Shown in pieces: positions 1-19,947 of a DNA stretch of 64,000 bases. The notes below the pieces were generated by a model. The model made no database searches and was not told the DNA's origin. It was given only the letters and a program-made list of their open reading frames with translations. Numbering within the stretch: position 1 is the first letter of the stretch; every line of letters begins with the position of its first letter. Source of the stretch: the human T2T-CHM13v2.0 reference genome, Homo sapiens; assembly GCF_009914755.1 (NCBI RefSeq), contig NC_060948.1. The stretch is one strand, 5' to 3'. The position numbers were made by a program, and so were the translations under genes.

Positions 1-657
1 GGTGGGTGTTAAATAAATTCAAACCTTGAAACCAAATGGCCACTGGTTTTGAGTCTGTCTTATTCTGGTGGTCCACTATAAACAATAATGTAAACTGGAT
101 AAATTATATATACTACTGTCAACAACAATTCATCCATTATACCAGAGAAGCCATAAAGGAATAGTTAAACAATTAGGTCCTATGAGCCAAATGGCCTGAG
201 AAAATAGAATAACCCTTGACATAATATTAGCCAAAAAGGGTGGAGTCTGTGTCATGATTAGGGTCCAGTGTTGTACATTCATCCCTAATAATACAGCTTC
301 CAATGGGGCAACACAAAAACCTTACAATGCCTTATAACCCAAGCAAATGAATCAGCTGAAAACTATGGAATGGAGTACCCCTTTACAGGCCTGATAGAAA
401 GGATGTTTGGAAAATGAAAGGGACTTATGACATCAATCATTACTTCCCTTGCAATTGTTACAGGTGCACTCATTCTTGTGGGCTACTGTATCATACATTG
501 TATTTGTGAGTTAACAGAAAGGCTCACAAAAACCTCACCTACCTCTCCCACTTGTACACAGATAAGCTTTTGCTCCAAGATGATCAAGAAAAACAACAAA
601 CCAAATCCTGTTAAAGAAATTTGAAGAGGAAGAATTATAAAACAGAAGAAGGGAAAT
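1..657 (+). mobile_element. ERV1 (HERV-I/HERVIP10-like) env TM remnant, decayed
   Basis: ~196-300 reads A*ENRITLDIILAKKGGVCVMIRVQCCTFIPNNT (immunosuppressive domain plus CX6CC); purine tract just before the LTR. Confidence 0.75.
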
Positions 658-1003
658 TGTTGGGACAACTAAGTTCCTCTTCAAAGTCTCAGCTTTCTGG
701 TCATAAATTGTAAACCAATCCTACCCCTCCTTTTCTTTCAAAAACCATGCATTTACCCTATTTGGAAAAGTTTAAGTCTTAGCCAATCAGGATCACCTTA
801 GATTATGTGGTCCAACCCCAGCCAATAGGAGAAGGACACAGAAACAGAAACTGCATTACAAATAAAAAAACCCTTCTCTCCGTTGTTTGGTGTGCTTTTG
901 CAATTGCATCAGGTGCAGACTTTAGAAGTAAAATTGCCTTGCTGAGAAATTTTCTTTCTAAGCATGGATTTCTTTTGGCTATGCTGAGCACTTGTTTTCA
1001 ACA
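658..1003 (+). mobile_element. 3' LTR of the ERV, LTR10-like
   Basis: TGT...ACA ends after the PPT; two CCAAT boxes, AATAAA; resembles LTR10 family. Confidence 0.65.
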
Positions 1004-1101
1004 TACCAAAACCAAGATGGTGTTGACAATGACCTTGGGTCCTTCTCACTGCTACACTTCCAACAGTATCATGACAGTTTACAATGTCAATGTCATGGCA
1101 A

Positions 1102-1571
1102 TGTCAGAAATTTACTCTATATCAAACCAGAAAATCTGAGACAGGTCTCAGTTAATTTAGAAAGTTTATATTGCCAAGGTTTTGCCTGTGACACAGCCTC
1201 AGGAAGTCCTGATGACATGTGCCCAAGGTAGCCAAAGGACAGCTTGATTTTATACATTTTAGGAAGACAGGAGATATCAGTCAGTACATGTAAAAAGTAC
1301 ATTGGTTCAGTCTGGAAAGGTGTGGCATCATGAAGCAAGGGCAGGAAGACTTCAAGCATGGAGGGAGCTTTCAGGTCTTGGATAGATGAGACAAAAACAA
1401 TTGCATTATTTTGACTTTCTCATTAGCTGTTCCAAAGGAGACAATCAGATATGTATCTGTCTTAGTGAACAGAATAACTTTAAATAGACTGAGATGTGGG
1501 TTTGCCCTAAGCAGTTTCCAGCTTGACTTTTTCTTAGTGATTTTGGGGGTCCAAGATAATTTCTTTTCACA
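1102..1571 (-). mobile_element. MER4A-like LTR
   Basis: Reverse complement starts TGTGAAAAGAAATTATCTTGGACCCCCAAAATCACTAAG, close to the MER4A 5' end. Confidence 0.75.
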
Positions 1572-1577
1572 CCTACA

Positions 1578-1822
1578 TGGTCTCAAAAGGGAAGGAATGA
1601 GTAATCCATCCCTTGTTTAGCATATCATCAAGAAATAATGATAAAAATGGGAAATCAGCAGGCCTTGGCACTGCTCTGTCTATGGAGTAGCCAATCTTTT
1701 ATTCTATTACTTTCTTAATAAACTTACTTTGCTTTGCACAATGGATTCACCCTGAATTCTTTATTGTACAAGATCCAAGAACCCTCCTTTGGGGCCTTGA
1801 TTACTACACCTTTCCTTTAACA
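1578..1822 (+). mobile_element. MER41 LTR, 3' part
   Basis: gctctgtctatggagtagcc...ttaataaact...gatccaagaaccctc...taaca matches the MER41 3' end. Confidence 0.8.
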
Positions 1823-1959
1823 AAATGAATGAAGTTGAGCCATGGCAAAGACTGTCTACTTTCTGTTCTTCCTCAATACATAGTGATACCATTGATTTAC
1901 CATTATGAAACCAAATAATTCAATACAACTCTCTGATGATTATTTTTGACTCAGTCACA

Positions 1960-2400
1960 TTTTTATGAAGTCTAAAAATTAAAAGCAGACAAAAGGCAAA
2001 ACTCTAGGGAAAGTCAAAAGATCAGTGTTTGCCAGCGCCCTGGGGGAGAGAGAGGAGGAGGAATACAGGAAGCATAAGTGATTTTGATGGCAGTGAAACT
2101 TCTGTATAATATATGCAGACAGTATCTTGTATCTGCAAGACTTTCTCTGTTTGTCATAACCCATGGGACTGCACAGCACAAAGAGTGAACCCTCATGGAA
2201 CCTGTGAACTCTGGTTAATGATGTGTCCCACTGTCAGCTCAGTAATTGTAACATGTGTACCATAATAAGGCAAGTTGTCAAGCATGGGGCAAACTATGTT
2301 GTATATACAGGAAAGAGGGTCTAGGAGAACACTCTGGACTTCCTGCTCAATTTTTTTATAAACTTGAAACTGCACCCTAAGCAAAGTTTATTCATTTAAA
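1960..2400 (+). mobile_element. Old L1MC-like 3' end
   Basis: agatcagtg...ggcagtgaaact...aagagtgaaccct...attgtaaca motifs. Confidence 0.6.
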
Positions 2401-2454
2401 CAATTGAGTAAGTGGCCTTTGCAGGAACTTGGATGGACTTGGAGGCCATTATTC

Positions 2455-2816
2455 CTTTATTTTTTTTTCTTGAGACTTTTCAGACAACAAAGTTCCTCTT
2501 TAAAGACTCAACTTCCTGGTGATAAGTTGGAAAAGTTGTAAAACCACCCTATCTCCTTCTCCTTCCCTCTTCTCCTTTTCTCATAATTGTGCTTTTACTC
2601 TATTTCAAAAAACGTTAGGCCTAAACCAACTGGGATGAGAAGTAAAGTTGTCTTGCTGAGAAATTTTCTGTCTGAGTGCTATTTTTTTTTTTTGGCTATG
2701 CCAAGCACTTGCTTCTGACAAGGTGGAGTCTTGCTCTGTTACCCAGGCTGGAGTACAGTGGCAAGATCACAGCTCACTGCAATCTCTGCATCCCAGGTTC
2801 AAGTGATTCTTCTGCA
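2455..2816 (-). mobile_element. 5'-truncated Alu with 13-bp TSD, itself carrying an LTR
   Basis: TSD gaggccattattc at 2442-2454 and 2817-2829; poly-T plus Alu right-arm sequence. Confidence 0.8.
2477..2720 (+). mobile_element. Solo LTR10-like element, internally deleted
   Basis: Aligns to both ends of the LTR at 658-1003 but lacks its middle. Confidence 0.7.
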
Positions 2817-3077
2817 GAGGCCATTATTCAAAGTGAAATAACTCAGGAATGAAAAACTAAATATCTGTGATAGTAAGTGGAGTACATTCTTACTTACAAG
2901 TGGAAGCTAAGCCATGAGGATACAAAGACATAAGAGTGACATAATAAACTTTGGGAATTTGTGGGGAAGAGGAGGAAGAGGTGAGGGAAAAAAGACTACA
3001 TATTGGATATAGTGCACACTGGTCAGGTGTCAGGTGCATGAAAATCTCAGAAATGACCACAAAAGAACTTATCTATG

Positions 3078-3434
3078 TGATATGGTTTGGCTATGTCTCC
3101 ACCCATATCACATCTTGAATTGTAGTCCCCATAATTCCCACATATCATGGGAGGACCCAGTGGGAGGTAATTGAATCACCGTGTGGTGTCTTTCCTGTGC
3201 AATTCTCCTAATAGTAAGTCTCATGAGATTTGATGGTATTATAATTGGGAGTTTCCTGTACATGCTCTTTTGCCTGTTGCCATGTAAGACATGAATTTGC
3301 TTCTCCTTTGCCATATGCCATGATTGTGAAGTGTTCCCAGACATGTAGAACTGTGAGTCCTTAAGCCTCTTTCCTTTATAAATTACCCATTCTTGGGTGT
3401 GTCTGTATTAGCAGCATGAGAACAGGCCAATACA
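3078..3434 (+). mobile_element. THE1 solo LTR (MaLR)
   Basis: TGATATGGTTTGGCT...AATACA; 5-bp TSD ctatg/ctagg. Confidence 0.9.
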
Positions 3435-3578
3435 CTAGGTGACAAAAAAACTACTTGTTTCCAAAAAACTATTGAAACAAAATTTTAAAACTTTAAAAAC
3501 TGAAAAATAGAATAAAACTAGAAAACTAAATAAAATAGACAAAAGAAAAACCACCCACCTTGCCCCTGTATATTTTCT

Positions 3579-9757
<6,179 letters not shown>

Positions 9758-9874
9758 CCCCTGTATGTTTTCTAAACAACTCTTTTCATTATAAGAATTA
9801 TGAAACAAATAAAAAATAGTCAAAAAATGCAGAGAGTCAAATTTTTAGTGAAACCAATAGTAATAAAAATAATA

Positions 9875-10178
9875 GGCTAAGTATGGTGGCTCATGCCTGT
9901 AATCCCAGCCCTTTGAAAAGTTGAGCCAGAAGGGACACTTGAGCCCAGGAGTTCAAGACCATCCTGGGCAAGATAGAAAGATGCCAAATCTACAAAAAGA
10001 TTTAAAATTAGCAAGGCATGACAGCACACGCCTGTTGTCCCAGCTACTAGGGAGGTTGAAGAATGAAGATGGTTTGTGTCTGGGAAGTTGAAGCTGCAGT
10101 GAGCCATGATTCACTCCACTGCACTCCAGCATGGGTGAGAGAATGAGATCCTGTCTCAAAAATAATAGTGATAATAAC
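9875..10178 (+). mobile_element. Alu (J-like)
   Basis: Dimeric Alu, cttgagcccaggagttc. Confidence 0.9.
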
Positions 10179-10198
10179 AAGCACACGTGTGACCTTAC

Positions 10199-10340
10199 TT
10201 GGGGACTTTGTATTCAAGCTCTGGGATTCTGAAGTACTTTCAAGAGCAAGACTGGAATTAGTCCCGGTGATGAATTGATCCTCTGGGTAGGTTATGTATT
10301 TGAGCACATTCCCATCAGCTTGAGATTTTTCTGCTTTTGC
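10199..10340 (-). pseudogene. Candidate exon of unidentified decayed gene (phase 0 to 1)
   Basis: tttgtag|...|gtaagg; 142 nt fully open: AKAEKSQADGNVLKYITYPEDQFITGTNSSLALESTSESQSLNTKSP. Confidence 0.55.
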
Positions 10341-10633
10341 CTACAAATTATCAATTTCATGCTTATGGCCATTACAGAGTAATTAACATATCAGATGCTT
10401 AGAAGTTTCAGTCCAATGTTAATGATAAATTGATATCCTTAAAGGGGCTATCTCTGGGCAAATATATTGTTTGTGGTTGTGCAAATGCTGATATTTCTAA
10501 ATACCATTCACTTTTTATTTTGCATTAAAGTGTGAACTTTAAAAGCAACTGTGCTTAGCAAAAAGTGTCCTTAAACTTTGTAAATGCTTACTGACTGGAT
10601 TTTCCTATATTTTTAGAAAAGAACTAATTTTAA

Positions 10634-10934
<301 letters not shown>

Positions 10935-10965
10935 AAAGAATAACATATTTTTAAAAATGGTAACA

Positions 10966-11110
10966 GCCAGGTCCAGTGGCTTAAGACTTAATCCCAGCAT
11001 TTTGGGAGGCTAAGGTGGGAGGTTAGGTTGAGCCTAGGAGTTTGAGACCAGTCTGGACAACATGGCAAAACCCTGTCTCTACAGTAAAATAATAATAATA
11101 ATAATAATAT
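10966..11110 (+). mobile_element. Alu left monomer/FLAM with (AAT)n tail
   Basis: Single monomer then AAT repeats. Confidence 0.8.
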
Positions 11111-11689
11111 TTTAAAATAATAATGACAATAATAAAGCATATTCATTTGAAATGATTGGGCATCCCAAACCAGTCTTCCTTATCTTTACACATTGTCAGC
11201 CAAAGGCAGGTTTTTAGCTACAATACAGATATACATTTTTCCGTCCAAATTCCCACTTTTCAAACCCAAAGCAAGCATACTACTCCAGACATTTAGAAGA
11301 ATTTGACAGAAAGTGTTTTCATTTTGTTAATGACATAAACTCCTGCATAACCATATTCCAAAATACTAAGTTATTGTTTGCTTGGGTGAAAGCATCAATT
11401 TTCTTTTTTATTGGACTCCCCAATAACTGGGATTACAGGTATGCACCACTATGCCCAGGTATTTTGTGTGTTTAGTATAGCTGGGGTTTCCTAATGTTTG
11501 TCAGGTTGGTCTCAAACTCCTCACCTCAGGAGAAAGCATTCTTTGCTTTTTATTTCTTCTTTGACATTATGACTTTCAATCTGAGGCAGGCTCAAACAAG
11601 GTCTGTCAAGGAAAAACATTTGTTACAATGTTGCTTTCAATTCTCTCATGTCATTTCTCATAGTTGAAAAAAAAAAAAAAACTTCAGTT

Positions 11690-13110
11690 AAAGAGTTGAG
11701 ACCTGCTTCATCAAAACTTAAACCTTTATGCTTCAAAGAGACTGCCAAGAAAGGAAATGACAGTTACAGGGTGGGAGAAAATACTTGCACATCATATACC
11801 TGATAAAAGACTCATATCCATCATATAAAAATAATCCCTCTAAGGCGATAATTAAAGTATTTTTTCAATTCAATTTAAAGTGGCTAGGTCCAGGTGCAGT
11901 GACTCCCGCCTGTAATCTCAGCACTTTGGGAGTCTAAGGAAGGTGAATCACATGAGGCCAAGAGTTTGAGATCAGCCTGGCCAGCATGGTGAAACCCTGT
12001 CTCTATAAAAATACAATAAAAATTGGCTAGGTGTGGTGGCATGTGCCTGTAATCCTAGTTACTTCGGAGGCTGAGGCACTAGATTTGCTTGAGCCTGGGA
12101 GGCAGAGGTTGCGGTGAGGCAAGACAGTGCTATTGGACTCCGACCTGGATGACAGAGCAAGACTGTGCCTCCAAAAAATAAGAAATAAATAAAAATATAG
12201 GTCAGTAAAAGATTTGAATTGTACATTCTTCCAAAAAAGATATATAAGTAGCCAATAAACACATCACAAAATGTTATTAATAGCATCAATGACATGCAAA
12301 TTAAAGACACCATCTGAACACTTACACACTGCTAGTGAAAGTATAAATTAGTTCAGGCCTTGTGGAAAGCAGTTTGGAGATTTCTCAAAGAACTAGAACT
12401 AAAACTAACCCTTGATCCAGAAATTGCATGATTGAGTATCTGCCTAAAGAGAAAGAACTCATTCTACCAAAAATATATCTGCACTCACATGTTTATAGTA
12501 GTACTATTCACAATAGAAAAGACATGGCATGAAGCCAGGTGCCCATCAATGGTGGATAAAGAAAATGTGTTAAATACACATCATGCAATGCTACACATTC
12601 ATAAGAAAGAATGACATATTGCCTTTTGCAGCAATATGGATAGAGCTAGAGGACATTATTCTAAGTGAACTAACTAAAAAACAGATAATCAAATAATGCA
12701 TGTTCTTATTTCTAAGTGAGAGCTAAGCATTGGGTTCTCATTGGACACAAAGATGGAAACATTAGACACTGGAGACTTCTAGAAAGAGGAGAGAATGGAG
12801 CAAGGGTTAAACATCTAAACATTGGGTATTTTGTTCACTATGTGGGTGACATGTTCAACAGATGCTCAAACCTCAGCGTCATGCAATATAGCCATGTAAC
12901 AAACCTGCATATGCACCCCCTGTATCTAAATTCTTAAAAAAATCCAACATCAGATTCACTTCATTTCTGGCCCCTAGAATGGCTAGAGACAAAGTCAGAT
13001 AATAACACTTGCTGGGGAGGATGTGTAGAAATCAGAGCCCTCCTACAGTGTTGGTGAGGATGTAAAATTGTGCAGCCACTGTGGAAAACAGTCTGATGGC
13101 TCCTTAAAAT
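11690..13110 (+). mobile_element. Old L1M fragments incl. an L1PB/L1MA-type 3' end (12320-12940), with Alu at 11882-12190
   Basis: ORF2 C-terminal/3' UTR motifs (tgtggaaagcagtttggag, catgtaacaaacctgca). Confidence 0.7.
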
Positions 13111-13544
13111 GGGATCCTTTGTAATTATTAAGGATATAAAGGGGTCCTGAGACTAAAAATTTGAGACCCACTACTTAATAAAAATATTGTCTAATACATA
13201 ACTTGAATTTGTTGAATTGTTTTGAATTCAATTGTTGTATTCAATAAAAAAGGGGAGACATCCTTTCTCTACAGAGAACTTGAATTTTGTCTTTATTTTC
13301 TCACCAAAGTCAATGAGAAAGACATATGAAGCCTCCTGTAATAGCCCCTAAATTATAAGAGACCAGATGAAATCCAGGTGATGACAGCATGAAACAGACA
13401 GTCTAAACAAAGTCATTTGCTAACATGGAGCTGTAACTATTTGTAAGCCAATGTTAAGTACTTTTCTTTACCATACTGTATGCTACAAAGTCAACTCTGA
13501 GATTGAAACTGGCTCTACCTCTGTTCAACACTAAGTACAGTTGT

Positions 13545-13725
13545 TACACAAGCCAGTGATTTTTTTTTATGAATAAAATTTTAAGAGAACACAAATACTC
13601 CTGTTGATTTAAGTATTGTCTATGTCTGTTTTCTGCTTCCTGGACAGAGTTGACCTGTTGCTACAGAGACTGCATGGCCTGCAAAGCCAAAAATATTTAG
13701 CATGTAGGCCTTTAGAGAGAAAGGC
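13545..13725 (+). mobile_element. MER58A-like hAT DNA transposon
   Basis: aataaaatttta...tattgtctatg...catggcctgcaaagccaaaaatattta. Confidence 0.65.
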
Positions 13726-13744
13726 TAAATGATATGAATTATAC

Positions 13745-13920
13745 CCAGATTTTGCAGAAATTGCAAGTGTAAGCTTGCAGAATGGAGATGCAAAAGGTAG
13801 AAATGGGCAGATCTGAGTTCAACAGGAATTTCAATGTTAGGGTGAGATCACTGGCCAAAGGGGCTTGCCCAGCTATGAAGTCATGCCAGGTCTGGTTTTG
13901 CTACATCAGAACACAGTCTG
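13745..13920 (-). pseudogene. Candidate exon (phase 1 to 0), one in-frame stop
   Basis: catgcag|...|gtataa; 176 nt: xDCVLM*QNQTWHDFIAGQAPLASDLTLTLKFLLNSDLPISTFCISILQAYTCNFCKIW. Confidence 0.5.
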
Positions 13921-13939
13921 CTGCATGGGGCTGGGAGAC

Positions 13940-14700
13940 TGAAAATAAAATCAGTTAATGGCCAGGTCGTATATAAAAATAGAATCCTGGGGTGGGCAGG
14001 GTGGCTCAGGCTTGGAATCCCAGCACTTTGGAGGTCGAGACAGATGGATCAGGAGGTCAGGAGATTGAACCATCCTGGCTAACAAGGTGAAACCCTGTCT
14101 CTACTAAAGGAAAAAAAAATACAGAAAAATTAGCCGGGCATGGTGGTAGGCACCTGTAGTTCCAGCTACTTGGGAGGCTGAGGCAGGAGAATGGCTTGAA
14201 CCTGGAGGCAGAGCTTGCAGTGAGCTGAGATTGCACCACTGCACTCCAGCCTGGGGGACAGAGCAAGACTCCATCTCAAAAAAGAAAGAAAGGAAAAAAA
14301 ATAGAACCCTGACCCAAGATCTCTAGCAACCAGCCTGGAAATCAATCCATTGACTGTAATAGCCAGTCCAGAAAGCCAGCTTACTAACTATGAGTTACAC
14401 TTGTAGTGAGACAGACCAATGTCTGCAGTAGCAGTCCAGGGAGCTAAACAACAACCCCTGTAATCATTGGCCCCAAATGACCACGACTTGTTTAATATCT
14501 GAGAGCTTCCCTATTTTTGTCTTCACTTAGGGCCAACAAGTGACTGCCACATATGCACTTGTAACCAATAGCAAAGAATGTCCTGCCTCTAGTGAGCCTC
14601 CTATGGCTCCCTGTGCCAGCCACCTCCAGTCAGGGCACACCTGAAACCTTTCCTTTTCTCCTCTATGAAGCTGTCCTGCTTCTTTTTATGCCTGTGAGTC
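13940..14700 (+). mobile_element. Old LTR (family uncertain) interrupted by AluY
   Basis: LTR-like repeated agcaaccagcc/agccagtccag units continuing across the Alu TSD. Confidence 0.45.
13990..14296 (+). mobile_element. AluY-like with 15-bp TSD
   Basis: gagaatggc and gagcttgcag diagnostics; TSD aaaaatagaa(t/c)cctg at 13975-13989 and 14297-14311. Confidence 0.9.
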
Positions 14701-14715
14701 TGCAAAATGCTTTTA

Positions 14716-15505
14716 ATAGATGAATAGGTGGATAGAAGGATGAATAGATATTGAATGGATAGATAAATGAATGATGGGTGGATTGATAGATCAATGGACA
14801 GAAAGATGCATAGATAATGGATGATTGGATGAACAGAAAAGGATAAATGGATGGATGGATGGTGAATAAATAGATAATCTGTAAATTAATGTATTGATGG
14901 ATGAATAGAAAATGGTCTAATGATGGATGAATGAATAGATGAAAGGAAGGATGGATATATAATGGATTGGTGAGTGATAGAATGACTGATAGATTGATGA
15001 ATGAAAATCTTCTGGATGGGTAAATGAACAGATAGGAGAATAGATTGATGGATGATTGATGGATGAATTGATAAATATATAATGAATGAATGGATGGATG
15101 AGTGGGTGGATTGATGGGTGAATGGATGTGTGGGTGGGTGGATGGGTGATTGATGGATGGAGGGAAGGATAAATGGTTAAGTGGCTGGACTGATGGATTA
15201 ATGGATGGATGATGGACAGATGAATAGATAATGTACACATGAATGGATGATGAATAAATCGGTGGGTGAATGGATAAATAGGTAATTTACAAATCAATGG
15301 GTAGATAGGTATATAACAGGTGAACAAATGGATAAACAGATGGGTGGTTGGATAGATATATAATGGGTGGATGGATGAATATATAATGAATGAATGAATG
15401 GATGGATGGATGGATTATGGGTGGGTTGACAGATGGATATATAATGTATGCATTAATGGATGGGTGGATGGAAAAATGGATGGATGGAAACATAGATGGA
15501 TGATG
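14716..15505 (+). repeat. Degenerate (GGAT/GAAT/AGAT)n block
   Basis: About 790 bp of tetramer-derived repeat. Confidence 0.95.
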
Positions 15506-15747
15506 TGGCTGAACCCCTTGCCACAGAAGTCTCTGAAGAGACAAACTTCATATGTTCTCATGTTCTTGGTCTTTGTTTATTTCCACAAAGCAAAGCAGCA
15601 AGAGCTAGCAATTGGTGCAAAATTCACAATTGGGTCAGCAGCTGAGTGCTGTACTTAGATGGATGAAGGCCATACATGGCCAAAATGCAGGAGCAAGATC
15701 AAGTTCACCAAGAGAGAGACATAAGGACCAAGTCTGACATCTCTATT

Positions 15748-15938
15748 CTAGCATGGAAATTGGTTGATATGGTGATAGGGAGAAGAACGTAGAGCTACAT
15801 ATGGATGAGGAATTTCTGCGTTATCAGATACTGACAAGTCCTGGCCCCAGTCTTTGATTCTTCCAGCTGGTGAAGGCATCCTTAGAGCCTGTTGAGGCCT
15901 AATCAGAGCAGAACACAAAGGCAGGAGGGCTGTAGTAT
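15748..15938 (-). pseudogene. Candidate exon (phase 1 start; donor not defined)
   Basis: Pyrimidine tract, ctgccacag|; open 63 codons DTTALLPLCSALIRPQQ...NQFPC*. Confidence 0.45.
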
Positions 15939-16699
15939 CTGTGGCAGGGAGAGGCTGAGAATGGTGGCAAAACACACAAATAAACAATAAAAAAGAGGAA
16001 ACCTCCAAGTTTGACACATCCATAGACAAGTGAGAAAGAAGAGTAGCTTAAAAAACAGAAATGCTTATAAAATAGTTATTTTTTTTCCTTAAAGGAACTG
16101 ACTGCTTTTAAAAGGAACTTAGAAATTAGGAAACAGACTAGAGCTGAGTTACAAATAGAAATATCAATAGATATTTATAATCCCAAGTAGACTACCTATG
16201 TTAGGTGTTACAGCTTCTCTACTTATATTAGGTATTGAAGCTTCTCTCAAACAGCAAGGTACCACACAACTCACACTTTATCTCAATATTGGGGGACTCT
16301 GTCCACTTTCAGAGGATTAGATATTGTATAACTTAAAATGCTCATGATTCTTCACATTCATCTGCAAATGCAGAGACAATATTTTAAGACTTTATTTTGA
16401 CACCTAGAAAAATGGTACTTAATTCTGCAACATCCAATTGAAAAGCATTGGCTTATGTTAGAGGGCACGGGGAGCTATTAAAAATGTATAAAACATATGC
16501 ATATTAATATAATGACTAGATTTTTATCTATTACTAAGCAGAAAAATAAGAAAATATATTATTATTGATGTTAAGTAGTGCTTATCATTGATTAGTCACT
16601 AAATGCCAAATATTATGATAAATTCTTTACATAAAATGCCTTGATTTCACAAAAATCCCCTGAGATGCAGGACCAGGATCTAAGACCACATCAATTGGA

Positions 16700-17003
16700 T
16701 TTTTTGTCTCTTTATTTTGAGACAGGGTCTTTCTCTGTTGCCCAGACTGAAGTACAGTGGTACAATCACTGCTCACTGCAGCCTCAATCACCTGGGCTCA
16801 AGTGATCTTCCCACCTCAACCTCTGAGTTGCTGATACTACATGTGTGTACCACTATGCCTAATGTTTTATTTTTGTAAATTTTTGTAGAGACAGGGTTTC
16901 ACTATGTTGCCTTGGCTGGACTGAGACTTCTGGTCTCAAGCAATCCTCCTGCCTCAGGCTTCTGAAGTGCTGGGATTACAGGCATGAGCCACTATGCCCA
17001 GCC
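16700..17003 (-). mobile_element. Alu (J-like)
   Basis: Dimeric Alu. Confidence 0.9.
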
Positions 17004-17105
17004 TTAATTTGATTTTCAGACTAATTTTCCTAACATTGACAGTCTATTGGAAACATACACGGAAAACAGGAAAAAAAATAATGCTGCTTTTAGAACCACA
17101 ACTAC

Positions 17106-17247
17106 CTTTGAAGAAGAGAGAATCAACTTGAATGGCAACCCTGATGTTCCACTGGGTGCCCCAGTGGGCTAGAAGTGTGTTTTGGGAGCAGAAGCTGTAG
17201 AGGGCTGGGTGAATTTTCAGAATCAATGATAGAGGAGAAGAAGGAAA
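17106..17247 (-). pseudogene. Candidate exon, 142 nt
   Basis: Strong acceptor tttttctcccctctttggttccctgcag|, donor aaag|gtagtt; open in phase 0 (FPSSPL...WNIRVAIQVDSLFFK), or phase 1 with one frameshift. Confidence 0.55.
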
Positions 17248-17784
17248 CTGCAGGGAACCAAAGAGGGGAGAAAAACAGAATAATGCATTGTAAACTCTTT
17301 CTCTGCTTTCTCTCTCAGCACTATATTTGCTGTCTGCTGTGATACACTGAGAGGACTGCATCAGTGTGGTGTGTTTGCTTGAAACTTGCGGAAGAGGATT
17401 TCTTTCCTTTCATTTCAGATTCTGGGGGGTTGGGGGCAGGGTGTGCAAGCAGATATCCAGAAGACAGGGCTTCTATAAAAAGGTAACCTTCCTTCCAGCC
17501 CCTAGGAAATTCACAAAAATGGAGGAACAGATATAAATTTTCATGCGAAGTAAAAATCAGAGCATGAGACAATTTTGTCTCCACTTAAGGGTGCCAAAGT
17601 CTCCAGCTGACATTGGTACACAAATGTTTCTGTAGAAACATACACAAACACAACTTTCTGTAGAGCCTTGTCCATAATCACAATTTAGATACAAAGGGGT
17701 TTGCCTAAATTAATTACAAAGGAATAAAATATTAGTGTCAGGGCCAGAACTGGAGCTTTTAGAACACTGGGTCATTTTCCATTA

Positions 17785-18240
17785 GGCCATCCATATTACG
17801 TCTAAGTATTCATCTATGCATTCATTTACCTAACATCCATCCATCCATCTATCCTTCCATCCATCCATCCATCCATGTATCCATCCATCCATCCATCCAT
17901 CCATCCATCCATCCATCCATCCATCTGTATTCCATCATCCATTCAATCCATTTGTCCATCTATCATCCTTTTATGCATACAACTATCAATCAATCCATTT
18001 ATCCATCTATCATCCTTTTATGCATACATCTATCAATCCATCAACATGTTAGCTATTCATTCATCCAACCTCCATTCAATCATTCATTATTCATCTATCT
18101 ATCCAACCATCCACTACCCATCTATCAATTCATCCGTTATCAACCATCCATTCATCCATATTTTATATATACATCCATCATCTATCCATTGTCTTCCATC
18201 TATCCATCTACCTGCATGCATCCATCATCTATTTATTTAT
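17785..18240 (-). repeat. (CCAT)n block, i.e. (GGAT)n on the minus strand
   Basis: Near-perfect CCAT run decaying rightward. Confidence 0.95.
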
Positions 18241-18402
18241 CATAGTCCTTGGTCATGGTTCTGAATAAGAAAATCCTTGACGGTCTTGAACAGGAATTAG
18301 TCCTCTCATCGACCAAGTCCAGCAGGCTGGAACCTGGACACAGAACAGGTTCATAAGAGTGGTTCCACATTGGAGCAACCATGGACATAGGCAAAGCCCT
18401 GC
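18241..18402 (-). pseudogene. Candidate exon, 162 nt (phase 1 to 1), donor apparently mutated
   Basis: gtaacactatacttccctag|; open GRALPMSMVAPMWNHSYEPVLCPGSSLLDLVDERTNSCSRPSRIFLFRTMTKDY; ends at g|ataaat. Confidence 0.45.
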
Positions 18403-18427
18403 CTAGGGAAGTATAGTGTTACTAGTT

Positions 18428-19440
<1,013 letters not shown>

Positions 19441-19624
19441 AGATGCCAATATAAGTGTGTTTAAAGTGAAAAAAGAGAAAAAAGAGTATAGAAATATGTA
19501 GAAAGTAAATACTGAAAACATTAAAGAAAATATGTTTAATATATTAAATATATTTAATAATATATTTATGCAAAATAATTAAAATGAATAATTTCAATTT
19601 CTGAAATTGAAATGAATAATTTCT

Positions 19625-19947
19625 GCCTGGGAGGCAGAGGTTGTGATGAACCAGGAGAGTGTCATTTTACTCCTAACTGGGCAACAAGAGTGAAACTCTA
19701 TCTCAAAAAAAAAAAAAAAAGAAAAGAAAAAGAAAAAGAAAAAAGAAATCCTGGGCTCAAGTTTTCTCCTACCTCAGCCTCTTGAGTAGTTGGGACCACA
19801 GACATGCCCAACCAATTTTAAATTTTTCATAGAGACAGGGTGTTACTACATTGTCCAGACTGGTTTCAAACCTCCAGCTTCAAGGTATCCTCCTACCTCT
19901 GCCTCTAAAACACTGAGATTGCAGACATGAGCCATCATGCTTGGCCT
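19625..19947. mobile_element. Two partial Alus (+ 19625-19745, - 19748-19947)
   Basis: Alu 3' end with A tail abutting an antisense Alu fragment. Confidence 0.75.

Larger units (their letters stand above)
2410..3490 (+). mobile_element. L1PB-like 3' UTR interrupted by Alu/LTR and THE1
   Basis: ttggatgga...gaggccattattc...aagactacatattgg...accacaaaagaacttatc; continuous across the insertions. Confidence 0.7.

Noticed and set aside
11220-11345. Possible extra minus-strand exon (ttatgcag acceptor)
   Set aside because: Two stops in each of the two frames I translated and an ambiguous donor
14663-15658. Long His/Pro/Ser/Ile-rich ORFs (also 17875-18264)
   Set aside because: Translation artefacts of (CCAT)n repeats
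15930-16000. FLLFICVFCHHSQPLPATD resembling an arylsulfatase (ARSF-like) segment
   Set aside because: Match falls in a polypyrimidine tract; no sulfatase motifs elsewhere
17319-17482. Plus-strand acceptors (17318, 17418) and donor (17483)
   Set aside because: Isolated; no plus-strand exon chain found
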